This document shows, piece by piece, positions 54,153 through 64,000 of a stretch of 64,000 bases of DNA. Source of the stretch: Mantamonas sphyraenae STR306 (Eukaryota > Protista > CRuMs). The notes beneath the pieces are model-generated. The model was not told where the DNA came from. It saw nothing but the letters and a program-made list of their open reading frames with translations, and ran no database searches. The translations under genes were made by a program, and so were the position numbers. The stretch covers positions 217,266-281,265 of the forward strand of contig JAPMXV010000018.1 in the NCBI GenBank assembly GCA_026936335.1. Reading direction: 5' to 3'. Each line of letters starts with the position of its first letter. Positions within the stretch are counted from its first letter, which is position 1.

Positions 54153-56646
54153 TCAGGCAAAGGTGTGGATCTGAGTGCCGCGAAGGAGTTCACGGACACT
54201 TGAGATGAAGGCAGAAGAGGCGACGCCGGCCTTGAAACTTTGCGGGAAGCGCTCTTGGATGCAGCCGAGGAGGTTGGAGTGGCCCTGCATGTTCTCTGCG
54301 ATGGCTTCACTGCAGTGGTCAGACTCGTCACTGGCCTGGATGAAGGAGCAGTTTGTGGTTTCGAGGAGGAGAGAATCCCAGTCGACGTCATCAAGGCGCG
54401 GAGGCATGTTGGGATTTGCCGGGCGGTCCTGGATGCGAAAGAGAATCTTATCGGCGCCACGAGACTGGTTCCATCTGCTGCTTCCCATGGTGACGAGACC
54501 AGCGCCGAAGCTGATGTCTGTGATGAAGCGCTCGACGAGTTCGGGGTCCTTTTCCTCGACGTCGACGCTCTCGCTGGCCCACTGGTCGGGGATGAGATTG
54601 ATGCCTGCAAAACGAAGCTTGTTGAGGAGCTCGAGGGCTCGCATGTCACGCTTGCGGAGGTCGCGGAGCTCGGGAAGGGTGGGCTTGAGGAGGCGGCAAC
54701 GGTTGTCGCTGATACGGATCTGGATGGGATAGGGGTCACAGTAGAGGGTAAAGACACACTCGCTGCGACCGGTGGGGTAGATGAGCCAGCCGTTGTAGGG
54801 GAGGCTCTGGTACCTGTTTTGGACGACAGCGAGGGCTGTGAAATGCATGGTGTGGCAGGTGACCGTGCGGGAGGATGAGTCGATGTGGAGTTTGGAGATG
54901 CCATCTGTGTCCCAGACCTGGGACTCTTCGTCCCATGCGGCGACGCGGAGGTTGACCATGTCGCTGGGCAGGACGACAAGCGGGCTGAGGGTGAAGCTGA
55001 CGCGGACGGGCGGCCACTGGGTGGATTTGAGCATGTTTGCTTGTTTGTCGGACGAGTGAGTAGACTCTGTGGTGCTGGATGAGGATAGGTTGGCCGAGTC
55101 CTGGCGGTAGAGAGCGGAGGAGGAGGAGGAGGAGGAGGAGGGGGATGCGATGGAGGAGGAGGAGGACGAGGACGAGGACGACGAGGACGACGAGGAAAGA
55201 GGATAGGGCAGTGTCTTGACGGTGTCGGCGAGTTCGGTGACAGGGCGGAGAACCCAACCGTTGACGGAGCGGGGAGCCGGAGGCATGGCAAGGATCTGGA
55301 TGTAAAAGATGCCGCCGACCGTCATGTTGTCGTGGGCGTAGTTGGAGGGCGTGACGTTGTCGTACTCTGTAAACATGAGGCGTATGGCAACGTTTGCGAG
55401 AGCAAGGGACTTTGGGAGCTCTGTGGAGAGGCCTGTGTCTTTGTACTCGATGTTGCGCTGGCGCGGGTTGCGTGCGAGATTGATCCAGACGCCGTACTTG
55501 AAGTGAGGGCCGGCAAAGTGGACTTGGACTTCGTTGCGCTGGACGACATACTCGTCGGCGTACTGGAGAATGTTTGCGGTCATAAAGTCGGTTTTGCGGT
55601 GGACAAGGTCGCGGAGTTCGCGGCGCAGGCCGTCGTGGACCTTTTGTTCGTCGGTATTGCCGCTCTCAATGGCAGTGTAGTAGAGGGTGTCGAGGTCGCT
55701 CATGAGCTGGGTTCGGGGGGGTGGGGGGGAAAGGAAGGGTCAGGAAGGAGAAGCAAAGAGGAGGTGGCAAGGGGAATGGGACGCACCTGTGTGGCGAGAA
55801 AGATGTGGTCGCGGTTAAAGTCGACGTCGCGCTCGTCGCTTTCGGCCCACTCTGTGATAAAGGTGTTTACGTCGCTTTGGTTTTCGGGATCGACTTCGCC
55901 GGCGCGTTCTGTGAAGCGCTCCCACTGGGGGGTGCGGGGGGTAAAGAGTGTGGATGGTCGGTGAGCCGCGGTGGGATGGAGTGTGGACGAGAGTGCAGTG
56001 TGAGTGGTACTGGATGGGCGGGGTGGTGGGCCGTAGGGCGGGCGTGGGCCGGGGAGGAATTGTAACGAACACGCCGTTGCTCTTGCTCGCGCTCTTCACG
56101 TTCCGAGGCGGCTTCGCGGTGTTGGCTGAGCCAACCGTTGAGGAGTTTGTTCTCTGCGTCGCGCCGTTCGAGGTCCTGTGGAGGATGGGGTGGTGGTGAA
56201 GGATGGTGTGAGGCGTGCGTGAAAATTGGGGAGCCGTTGGGCGGGCTGACTCGCGGAGGGTCGGGCGCGGCGCAGGCGACGGGCGGAGTGCGGATGGAGC
56301 GGGGGGGGGATGCACTGACAAGCTTCTTGCGTCGCTCCTCCTGTTCTCGGAGGAGGCGCTCGCGTTCCTCGCGTTCACGGCGCTCGCGCTCTTCCTGCTC
56401 GAGGCGTTCAGCCTCGAGCCTGCGCTCCTCCTCGAGGCGCTGGGCTTCGAGCTCGGCTTCGAGCCTGCGCTGCTTCTTGCTCTTCTTGCGCTTCTTCTTT
56501 TTGCCTGGTGAGGAGGAGCGACCACGGCCGCCACGGCGCGGGCTGCGAGATGTGCGTGTGCTGCGGGTGCTGCGCGTTGAGCGCGTGCTGCGCGTGCTCC
56601 TGGCTGTGGTGGAGCCAGATGCAACGACTTGACTGCGCGAGGACAT
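54153..56646 (-). CDS. DNAI7: Axonemal dynein intermediate chain IC97/CASC1; introns
   Basis: E/R-rich coiled N-terminus, SQWERFTERAGEVDPENQSDVNTFITEW, YGVWINLARNPRQRNIEY, ELPKSLALANVAIRLM, LPYNGWLIYP, SSRWN. Confidence 0.8.
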
Positions 56647-56719
56647 GCTGTTGCAGGGAGCAGAGGTGGATGGGTTGGACAGCGTGGGGCGAGGTTGAGT
56701 TGCGCAGTTTGTTTTTCTT

Positions 56720-59700
56720 TCATTCGTCCATTGGGACTCGCTGACGTTTGGCAGGATGTGCATTGGAGTTGATGGAGTACTCGGGCGTGCGCTTTTTGGA
56801 GGACTGTTCGAGGGGAGCATGGGGCAAGGAGAGGGAGGCGACGGCGCTCATGGAGGTGGGTCGGGAGGTGTGGAAGGGCCGGAGGCGCATAAGGATAAAG
56901 TGATGGATGACGTTGTGGGGCTGGACGTCGATGGGACGAGGCGGGGTGGACTTGTTGGGAGTGGCAATCTGGAGGGAGAGCCAGGTTACGCCGCAGCGAA
57001 AGTTTGCACGGATGGCGCGGAGGAGCTGGTCAGCCGTGACGGAGGGATTGAGGAGGCGGGCAAACAGAAAGAGCTCGACAGGCGGGATAGGGATGTTGCC
57101 GAGGGCGGTGGCAATGTGGAGGAGGAGGTCGTCGACGGAGAGTTTGGAAATGGGGCGGTCGATGTAGAGCTCGGGGTCGCTGAAGATGCCGGCATACATG
57201 TCGTCGGTGTTGAGCCAGAGGCCCTGGAGGTGTGTGAGGAGGGAGTGGAACTCGCGGTTGGTGCAGCTTCTTCGCTCGCCGTTGGGAAATTGGGTGGCCC
57301 AGCCGGAGCGAATGGAAACCGGGTTCCAGGTGTCAAAGAGAGGCAGGTGTTGGTCAAACTCGCCGCGGGCCCAGTGGTGCGAGTCGTGCACGTGGCTGCG
57401 TAGAGATTGGAGCTGCTGCCAGCGTGTGGGGCGCTGGCTGGAGCGGACGCTGTCTGTGGCGACTATGATCATGTGGAGAAGTGTGTACATGGGCGAGCCG
57501 TGGGTTTCGGGCTGGTTGAGCCAGCACACCTTGAGATCATCGGCAGTGACGCCGAAGCGGAGGTCTGAGGCGTCGATGGCCTGGTGATACTGGTGCCTGG
57601 TCATGGTGCGTCCAAGAAGGAGGATAAAGTCGGCCAGGTCGCCCTTGGAGATGGGTACGTTGTCAATGGCGAGGCAGACCTGGTGAATGAGGTCGACGAG
57701 GGTGCCATGGCAGATGAGAAGGCGCGCAAGGAGTCCTTCCTTGCGGGTGAGGGTGTTTTCCGGATGCTGGGCAGCGAGGGTGCGCAGGGTGAGCATCAGG
57801 GTGGCAAATTCGGCTTGGGTGCTGAATCCGCGTTGAGAGCTGAGGCCTTTTCGCCAGCCCGAGTGGGCCACGGTGGCAGGGAGGGGTGTTGATGTGGAGG
57901 ATGTGGAGGGTGTGGGTGTGGTTGCAGAGGAGGAGGAGGAGACAATGGTGGTCTGCTTCTGCTTGGGTGTCTTTCCGTGGATCTTGTTGCGGCGAGCTTG
58001 TTCGTGGGCTTGAAGGGAGGGACCATCCATCCACTCGGAGCCACCAATGCGGAAAAGGGGCACCTCGGCGGACTGGACGTCCATGTGGAGAACTTGAGGG
58101 TCGTTGGTGGTGCGAGCAGGGGTCGCGGGCGTGGGTTCCGGGGACTCCTGGAAAGCAGGCGAGCGTTCAAGCGGGGGGATGTCCAGGGCTTTGATGTCGA
58201 CGTAGGTGGTGGGCCTGTTGTCCAGGAAGCGTTCGAGACGGTTGACGAGAGTGTGGAGGATGGAGTACTCCGGTTGGGAGACGTCCGAGTCGTGCAAGTA
58301 CACGAGACGGAGCGAGGTGTGGGTAAGGCCACGTCGAAGTCGATGAATGATGGTACCGACGAAGTTGGAGTCTGTTTTGGGTCGCACGAGGCAGGTGAAG
58401 AAAGCGAGCTCGACGGGAGGAATGGGCAAGTTGTCCAAGGCGGAGAAGAGCTGGAAGATGGCATGGGAAACGGAGCCACGGAATCGATAGTTTGTCTTGA
58501 TGTTGGATGAGGTGCGGGCGCGGGCAAGGGTGCGGAGACGATCGACGATAGCGGCAAACTCGCGGTCGGTGCAGGACTTGCGCTCTCCTGACTTGCGAAA
58601 GGAGTCGACCTCTTGAAATGTGGGTGGCCATGTTTCAAGAGGAGGCATGGAGACATCGTAGTCGCCCTGGGCCCAGTGGACTGGAAGGACACCTTGCTTT
58701 TCGGCCATTCGACGAGCGTGGTCGAGCCTTCGGAGGTCTTTTGCTGTTGTGGGCCTGTCGTGGGGGTCGACATCTTTGAGACCTTCCTCGAAAAGCATGT
58801 GTACGATGGAGTACATGGGCACAACGCCGGAAGGGGGTTTGCGGAAAGCAACGACCCTGAGGCCGGCGTCGGTGGCGCCCTTTTCCGGACTCAGCTTTTC
58901 GAGGGCTGTGGAAGGAGAGATATTGCAACATACTCTGCCGAGGAGATAGAGGAATAGGGACATGTCCAAGTTGCAGAGGGGCGTGTCAAGGGTCACGAGG
59001 ATGATGGTGAGGATGTCCGCGAGTGTGCCGTAGCAGACGCGCGATCGCACGACTTGCTCTTCATCTGGCGGGAGAGTGTCGAGGGGGTGGGCATCAGCAA
59101 GGGCTCGCATATATGTGACGAGGGCCTGGTACTCGGAAGGAGTGCTGTATGACCGTGCTCCGTAAGTCCACGGCCTGATGATGACAAAAGGACTTGTTGA
59201 GTGGGCGTTGGACGGGTGTGCGACGTGCGGTTGAGTAGACGATGCGTTGGAGGAGGCGGGTCTGGGAGGCGAAGGGGTTGAAGGGCGGAGCGGGGAGGCG
59301 GCGGGTAATGCATGGGGCCGTTTCCGCACGCGCTTGGGGGGCAGGATGACTACCATGTCGTCTGAATCACTGTCTGAATCACTGCTATCGTCATCTGAAT
59401 CGTAGTTGTACGATGTACTTGTCGTGGTTGAGGTTGTGTGTGCGTGGAGGGGTGGGGAGGTGACGAGATCGCTGGAGTCTGCGTCACGAAGTTCTCTGAT
59501 GTGGAGACGGTCGTTCGAGTTGTCGCTGGTGTGGTAGGCATACACAGAGGGGGGCTGGAGGGTTTGAAACTGTTGCTGAGGCTGTGCTTGAGGTGGTAGG
59601 GGGGGAGGGGGTGGGTTTGCGGTGGAGTTGGCGTCACCCTGGACTTCACTGATGCGGGGGGCGTCGTTGGAGATGTTTTTGGTGCGGTATGTGTGCATGT

Positions 59701-59932
59701 ATGGGAGCTGGGGAGGTTGGAACTGTTGCTGAGGCCATGTCTGATGCTGGGAGGGGACGTGGTGTGGAAAAGGCTGCAATGGGCTGGGACTGGGCCGCGG
59801 GACCGAGCCGTAGGGAATGTTTACGGGCACAGGGACGTAGATGACCTGTGTTTGTATGTATGGGTTGCGTTGGACAAGTTGAGACCATGCAGAGTTGAGG
59901 AATTGAGAATTGAAGTTTCCGGATGGATCCAT
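56720..59932 (-). CDS. Subtelomeric unknown protein (1070 aa) with four copies of an unrecognised domain
   Basis: Intronless ORF with Q/P-rich N-terminus, four repeats with ER.S.T..EF..L / L.N.P / GVT...L / LH / RPTT, and C-terminal PAKRQR NLS-like motif. Confidence 0.75.
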   Translation of the reverse strand: MDPSGNFNSQFLNSAWSQLVQRNPYIQTQVIYVPVPVNIPYGSVPRPSPSPLQPFPHHVPSQHQTWPQQQFQPPQLPYMHTYRTKNISNDAPRISEVQGDANSTANPPPPPLPPQAQPQQQFQTLQPPSVYAYHTSDNSNDRLHIRELRDADSSDLVTSPPLHAHTTSTTTSTSYNYDSDDDSSDSDSDSDDMVVILPPKRVRKRPHALPAASPLRPSTPSPPRPASSNASSTQPHVAHPSNAHSTSPFVIIRPWTYGARSYSTPSEYQALVTYMRALADAHPLDTLPPDEEQVVRSRVCYGTLADILTIILVTLDTPLCNLDMSLFLYLLGRVCCNISPSTALEKLSPEKGATDAGLRVVAFRKPPSGVVPMYSIVHMLFEEGLKDVDPHDRPTTAKDLRRLDHARRMAEKQGVLPVHWAQGDYDVSMPPLETWPPTFQEVDSFRKSGERKSCTDREFAAIVDRLRTLARARTSSNIKTNYRFRGSVSHAIFQLFSALDNLPIPPVELAFFTCLVRPKTDSNFVGTIIHRLRRGLTHTSLRLVYLHDSDVSQPEYSILHTLVNRLERFLDNRPTTYVDIKALDIPPLERSPAFQESPEPTPATPARTTNDPQVLHMDVQSAEVPLFRIGGSEWMDGPSLQAHEQARRNKIHGKTPKQKQTTIVSSSSSATTPTPSTSSTSTPLPATVAHSGWRKGLSSQRGFSTQAEFATLMLTLRTLAAQHPENTLTRKEGLLARLLICHGTLVDLIHQVCLAIDNVPISKGDLADFILLLGRTMTRHQYHQAIDASDLRFGVTADDLKVCWLNQPETHGSPMYTLLHMIIVATDSVRSSQRPTRWQQLQSLRSHVHDSHHWARGEFDQHLPLFDTWNPVSIRSGWATQFPNGERRSCTNREFHSLLTHLQGLWLNTDDMYAGIFSDPELYIDRPISKLSVDDLLLHIATALGNIPIPPVELFLFARLLNPSVTADQLLRAIRANFRCGVTWLSLQIATPNKSTPPRPIDVQPHNVIHHFILMRLRPFHTSRPTSMSAVASLSLPHAPLEQSSKKRTPEYSINSNAHPAKRQRVPMDE

Positions 59933-59944
59933 TTTTTTGTTCTT

Positions 59945-62900
59945 TCAGTGGGTGCGCTGGCGTTTGGAGGAGGAGGAGGAGGAGGAGGAGGAAGGTTCTT
60001 TGCGCTTGGGCAGGGTGAAAGGGGGGATGGGGTAGGCGTTGACGAGTGCGATGGTGGTGGGGCGGGTGGTGATGTGGGGTGTAATGCGGTCGATGAGGGT
60101 GTGGAGGAGGGTGTGCAGTGTGGCGTCGCTGGGTTTGGGGGTGTCAAGCCAGGCGATCTTGAGGGAGAGGGAGGTGACGCCGCGGGTGAGGGTGTAGCTG
60201 ATGGCACCATTCACATGCTTGTAGGTGAGGTGTGGCCTAAGGAGGCGGACAAAGAAGGCCAGGTCGACAGGCGGCACGCCAGCGTTGCCCAGCGCCAGGA
60301 TGATGTGTCGCACCAGGGACATCTTGCTGCCGTTGTTGATCAGCTCACGAAGTGCAGGGTGCTCGTGTGCGTGCTGATGGCGAGGGTGCTTGGCTGCGCG
60401 TGCCTTCATGTGTGCCAGCAGCGTCTGGAACTCCCGCGCCGTGCAGCTGCCACGCTCGTCGTTGTACGGAGTGATGCTCCAGCCGCTGTGCACAGACTGA
60501 GGTTGCCACTTGTCCACGTTGGTGGTGGTGAGGTGGTGGTCGTAGTCGCAATGTGTCCAGTGTGGGTCTCTGTCGTTGTCAGCAGGGTGTCGTGCTTCCT
60601 GCAGCCACAGGTGGGTCTGCTCGTGCTGCTTCCAGGTGGTGGAATGGGGTCTGTCGTCGAGGGTGTCCATCTCTGTCATGAGCAGGTGGAGGAGGGCGTA
60701 GTTGGGGTCGCTGTGGTCGTGTGGCTCCTCCAGCCAGCACACCTTCAACCCAGCCTTTGTCACACCCATGGCCAGACCAGCGCTGAGGATGGCATGTCTG
60801 CACGCCTGTTGATCCACATCACGGCCGAGAAGGGTGAGGCAGAGGGCCATGTCGCCCTGGGAGAGGGGAATGTTGCCCAGAGCAAGCTGAATCTGTCGGA
60901 CCAGCGTGGTCATGGTGCCATGGCAGACCACAACACGCGCCTGCAGGGCCATGAGGTCTGGGATGTCGTCGAAGGGATGCTCGTTTGCCAGAGTGTGAAT
61001 GTGGTTCAGCAGTGCCGTGTGCTCCTTCTTGTTGCTGTGGCTGCGCTCGCTCTTGCGCCAGAACGTCCAACCACTGCGCACAACGCCATCTGGCAGTCCA
61101 TCCTCCATGGCCATCTTCTCCTCCTTTGTGGGCTCGGGAAGAACAAGCTCGGTGATGGCAAGGGCGTTGACGGCGTCGACTGTGGTGGGACGGGTGGTGA
61201 TGTGGGTTGTGATGCGGTCGATGAGGGTGTGGAGGAGGGTGTGCAGTGTGGCGTCCCTGGGTTTGGGGTTGTCGAGCCAGGCGATCTTGAGGGAGAGGGA
61301 GGTAACACCGCGGTTGAGGGTGATGCTGATGGCACCTTGAAACTGCTTGTAGGTGATGTGTGGCCGGAGGAGGCGGACAAAGAAAAACAGGTCGACAGGC
61401 GGAAGGCCAACGTTGCCCAGCGCCAGGATGATGTGTCGCAGCAGGGACTGCAGGCTGCCGTTGTTGACCAGCTCACGCAGTGCTTGGTGTTCGTGTGCAT
61501 GCTGATGGCGTGGGTGCTTGGCTGCGCGTGTCTTCATGTGTGCCAGCAGCGTCTGGAACTCCCGCGCCGTGCAGCTGCCACGCTCGTCACTGGGAGTTCC
61601 TGCGCTCCAACCACTGCGCACAGACTGAGGTTGCCACTTGTCAACCTTGGTGGTGGTGAGGTGGTGGTCGTAGTCGCAATGTGTCCAGTGTGGGTCGCTG
61701 TCGTTGTCAACAGGGCGTCGTGCTTCCTGCAGCAACACTCGGGTCTGCTCGTACTCCTTCCAGGCGGTGGGATGGGGTCTGTCGCCAAGGGTATCCATCT
61801 CTGTCATGAGCAGGTGGAGGAGGGCGTAGTTGGGGTCGCCGTGGTCGTGTGGCTCCTCCAGCCAGCACACCTTCAACCCAGCCTTTGTCACACCCATGGC
61901 CAGACCAGCGTGTCGGATGGCATCACTGCACGCCTGTTGATCAATATCACGGCCGAGAAGGGTGAGGCAGAGTGCCATGTCGCCCTGGGAGAGGGGAATG
62001 TTGCCCAGAGCCAGCAGGATCTGTCGGATCAGCGTCAACAGGGTGCCATGGCAGACCACAACACGCGCCTGCAGGGTCACCAGGTCGGGGATGTTGTCAA
62101 TTCGATGCTCGTTGGCCAGATTATGCATGTGCTTCAGCAGTGCCATGTGCTCCTTCTTGTTGCTGTGGCTGCGCTCGTCGCAGGGTCCCTTTGTCCACCT
62201 TTTGCGCTCTACGCCATCTGCCATCTTCTTCGTCTTGTGTTCGCCTGCTTTCATCCATGTGCCGGTGTCTCCGTTCTTGGCCCTCCTTGCCCGTGTGCTC
62301 GACGTTCCCGTCTCTGTGCCACTGCCAGCCGTGACCCTGCGCTTGCGCTGTCCGCTGCCATTCATCTTCTGTGTACCAATATGATGGCTGGCGTGGTTTC
62401 CTCGTCGAGTGCGGCCTCCTCTGGTGCGTCTCGGCTGCCAATCGTCCGTGTCCTCCTGTTCCATGTCGTCTGCGTCGTCGTCGCTGTCGTCTTGCGGCAT
62501 GTACTCCTCATCCATGGCGTCGCCGGTGTCTGCAAAGCTGAGTGCGCCCTGAGTTTCCATCTCGTCGTCCACGTGCTTCTGGGTTGCGTCGTTTGCCTCG
62601 CCGTCTACCTCGGACGCCTCCATCCATGAGCTGGTCATCCAATCTGAGTTGCTGGAGGTTGACCGTGGTTCACGGTGGCCAAAGTTCAGAAACATCAGGT
62701 CCTCCACGTCGCCGGTGTCATGTGTGTGTGCGTCCTGGTCTGCGTCGTCGTCGTCGCTGTCTCCAGTCTGCCGTGTGGCCTGGTGGGAGGACGACGACGT
62801 GGTGGTGGTGGATGTGGTTCGTGTGATTCCAACAGAGGCAGGGCTGATGCGCTTTGGGATGCGGTTGTGGTTTGCGGTGGGTTGAGCAGGCGGACGGTGC

Positions 62901-63115
62901 GACGGAGTCTGAGCGAAGTGCATCTGGGCGGTTTGTCGCGGCTGAGGAGGCGGCGGAGGAGGGTAGGCGTAGTATGAATGGCCCTGGTGAGCATATGCGT
63001 AGTGCTGCTGGGGGTGGGTGTTGACAGGGACCCAGATGATGGGTGGTTGTGGGTGCTGGTACGGGATTTGTACGCCAGAGACGGGCAGCATGTTCGGAAA
63101 CGGCTGGGCAGCCAT
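59945..63115 (-). CDS. Subtelomeric paralogue of the adjacent gene (about 1056 aa), four-repeat domain protein
   Basis: Same repeat motifs (CHGTLLTLIRQILLALGNIPLSQGDMAL, GVTKAGLKVCWL, ERGSCTAREFQTLLAH, RPTT); Q/P/Y-rich N-terminus; SKRQR C-terminus. Confidence 0.75.
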   Translation of the reverse strand: MAAQPFPNMLPVSGVQIPYQHPQPPIIWVPVNTHPQQHYAYAHQGHSYYAYPPPPPPQPRQTAQMHFAQTPSHRPPAQPTANHNRIPKRISPASVGITRTTSTTTTSSSSHQATRQTGDSDDDDADQDAHTHDTGDVEDLMFLNFGHREPRSTSSNSDWMTSSWMEASEVDGEANDATQKHVDDEMETQGALSFADTGDAMDEEYMPQDDSDDDADDMEQEDTDDWQPRRTRGGRTRRGNHASHHIGTQKMNGSGQRKRRVTAGSGTETGTSSTRARRAKNGDTGTWMKAGEHKTKKMADGVERKRWTKGPCDERSHSNKKEHMALLKHMHNLANEHRIDNIPDLVTLQARVVVCHGTLLTLIRQILLALGNIPLSQGDMALCLTLLGRDIDQQACSDAIRHAGLAMGVTKAGLKVCWLEEPHDHGDPNYALLHLLMTEMDTLGDRPHPTAWKEYEQTRVLLQEARRPVDNDSDPHWTHCDYDHHLTTTKVDKWQPQSVRSGWSAGTPSDERGSCTAREFQTLLAHMKTRAAKHPRHQHAHEHQALRELVNNGSLQSLLRHIILALGNVGLPPVDLFFFVRLLRPHITYKQFQGAISITLNRGVTSLSLKIAWLDNPKPRDATLHTLLHTLIDRITTHITTRPTTVDAVNALAITELVLPEPTKEEKMAMEDGLPDGVVRSGWTFWRKSERSHSNKKEHTALLNHIHTLANEHPFDDIPDLMALQARVVVCHGTMTTLVRQIQLALGNIPLSQGDMALCLTLLGRDVDQQACRHAILSAGLAMGVTKAGLKVCWLEEPHDHSDPNYALLHLLMTEMDTLDDRPHSTTWKQHEQTHLWLQEARHPADNDRDPHWTHCDYDHHLTTTNVDKWQPQSVHSGWSITPYNDERGSCTAREFQTLLAHMKARAAKHPRHQHAHEHPALRELINNGSKMSLVRHIILALGNAGVPPVDLAFFVRLLRPHLTYKHVNGAISYTLTRGVTSLSLKIAWLDTPKPSDATLHTLLHTLIDRITPHITTRPTTIALVNAYPIPPFTLPKRKEPSSSSSSSSSKRQRTH
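60035..62177. repeat. Intragenic direct tandem duplication, period 1128 bp (376 aa)
   Basis: Matching anchors ggcgttgacg at 60035 and 61163, and ctgcgctcg at 61041 and 62169 (both offset 1128); long near-identical stretches between them. Confidence 0.9.
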
Positions 63116-63795
63116 GGGAGGGACCACGTACGCGTAGCTGTGGGGGAGACGGGGAGGGGCAAGGCGGGGTGGTACCGGTGAGCGGAAGGCGGAAGGGACG
63201 CCGTCAGGGCAGAAGCGGGGGTGAAGGGAGGCTGGAACGAGCAAAGAGGGAAAAACGGAGGAGATTGGCAGACGGGGAAACTGGCAACGGGGAAGGCAGT
63301 GACAGGGGAGAGGGGATCGGAGAAGAGCGGAGAAGGCAGCAGCGGTGGTGATAGGGAAGTGGAGATGCATGGGGAGGAGTGCAAGGAAGCGACGGAGGCA
63401 TGGAGGAGGCGTGGAAGCGGGAGAAGCGGGCAGTCAGAAAACGGAGTGGAAGGCAGAACGCACGCTGGGTAGGTGTTGGGTGTGTGTTGTTGCTTCGGAG
63501 TGCTTGAGTAGTCTTCGTCCATGGTGGTGGTGGTGGTATTGGAGTGTATGTGGATTGTGATGGACTGGTGGAGGGTGTTGTGGGTGCTGGTGATACTTTG
63601 GTTGAAGGCGGATGGGCAGTGCTGACTTTGCGGCGTTGCAGGAGGACGGCCACTCACCAGCGACATTTCCACTCCCACCCATTGCCCACTGCCCCATGTC
63701 ACCACCCAACTCAGCCACCCCGCCAGCACACAAGCACGACTCACGAGACATAGACCGGACTCACCTCCCAATGACAATCAAACATCAAGAAGGAC

Positions 63796-63958
63796 AGGGT
63801 TAGGGTTAGGGTTAGGGTTAGGGTTAGGGTTAGGGTTAGGGTTAGGGTTAGGGTTAGGGTTAGGGTTAGGGTTAGGGTTAGGGTTAGGGTTAGGGTTAGG
63901 GTTAGGGTTAGGGTTAGGGTTAGGGTTAGGGTTAGGGTTAGGGTTAGGGTTAGGGTTA

Positions 63959-63989
<31 letters not shown>

Positions 63990-64000
63990 GGTTAGGGTTA
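63796..64000 (+). repeat. Telomere, (TTAGGG)n
   Basis: About 33 TTAGGG units run to the window end, G-rich strand pointing outward; one TTAGG and one TTTAGGG variant near 63956-63973. Confidence 0.98.

Noticed and set aside
59693-62629. 978-aa + strand ORF
   Set aside because: Antisense shadow of the repeat-domain gene. It is V/G/L-rich with no motifs, as expected from GC-rich codon bias.
63956-63973. TTAGG and TTTAGGG telomere variants as a mixed telomere type
   Set aside because: Two isolated variants near the contig end are more simply explained by read errors or telomerase slippage.

Overview
GC-rich, very gene-dense eukaryotic chromosome end: the window finishes in a (TTAGGG)n telomere from about 63796. 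GT-AG introns are few and short, and the axonemal gene DNAI7/CASC1 implies a flagellated protist. About 33 protein genes are recognisable, mostly housekeeping or signalling: a DeSI/PPPDE-PUL fusion, eL28, CstF-77, a membrane nucleotide cyclase, TBC1D23, a CPBP protease, FBXO15-like, otubain, Pet127, DPM3, an OAC1-type carrier, RER1, ceramide synthase, UBXN11, PPIL3, an inositol 5-phosphatase and an M11-type protease. The stand-out locus is 2400-8200. It holds an intronless 1675-aa ORF whose C-terminus carries the TnpB/Fanzor RuvC-zinc-finger signature, with an apparently intact rearranged D-E-D triad, fused to a SAP-containing ~1200-aa N-terminal extension. The ORF is bracketed by a ~500-nt densely base-paired, pseudoknot-capable non-coding segment upstream and a ~200-nt structured segment downstream. 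This is a candidate giant RNA-guided nuclease system with no adjacent transposase. Other unusual items are an IQ-paladin phosphatase with a guanylate-kinase-like domain inserted into each PTP repeat, a LAP1/LULL1-like torsin cofactor, and two subtelomeric paralogues built from four copies each of an unrecognised ~180-190-aa domain. Four genes carry single frameshifts at homopolymer or CG runs, probably assembly indels. All family assignments come from motif recognition by eye; no searches were run.
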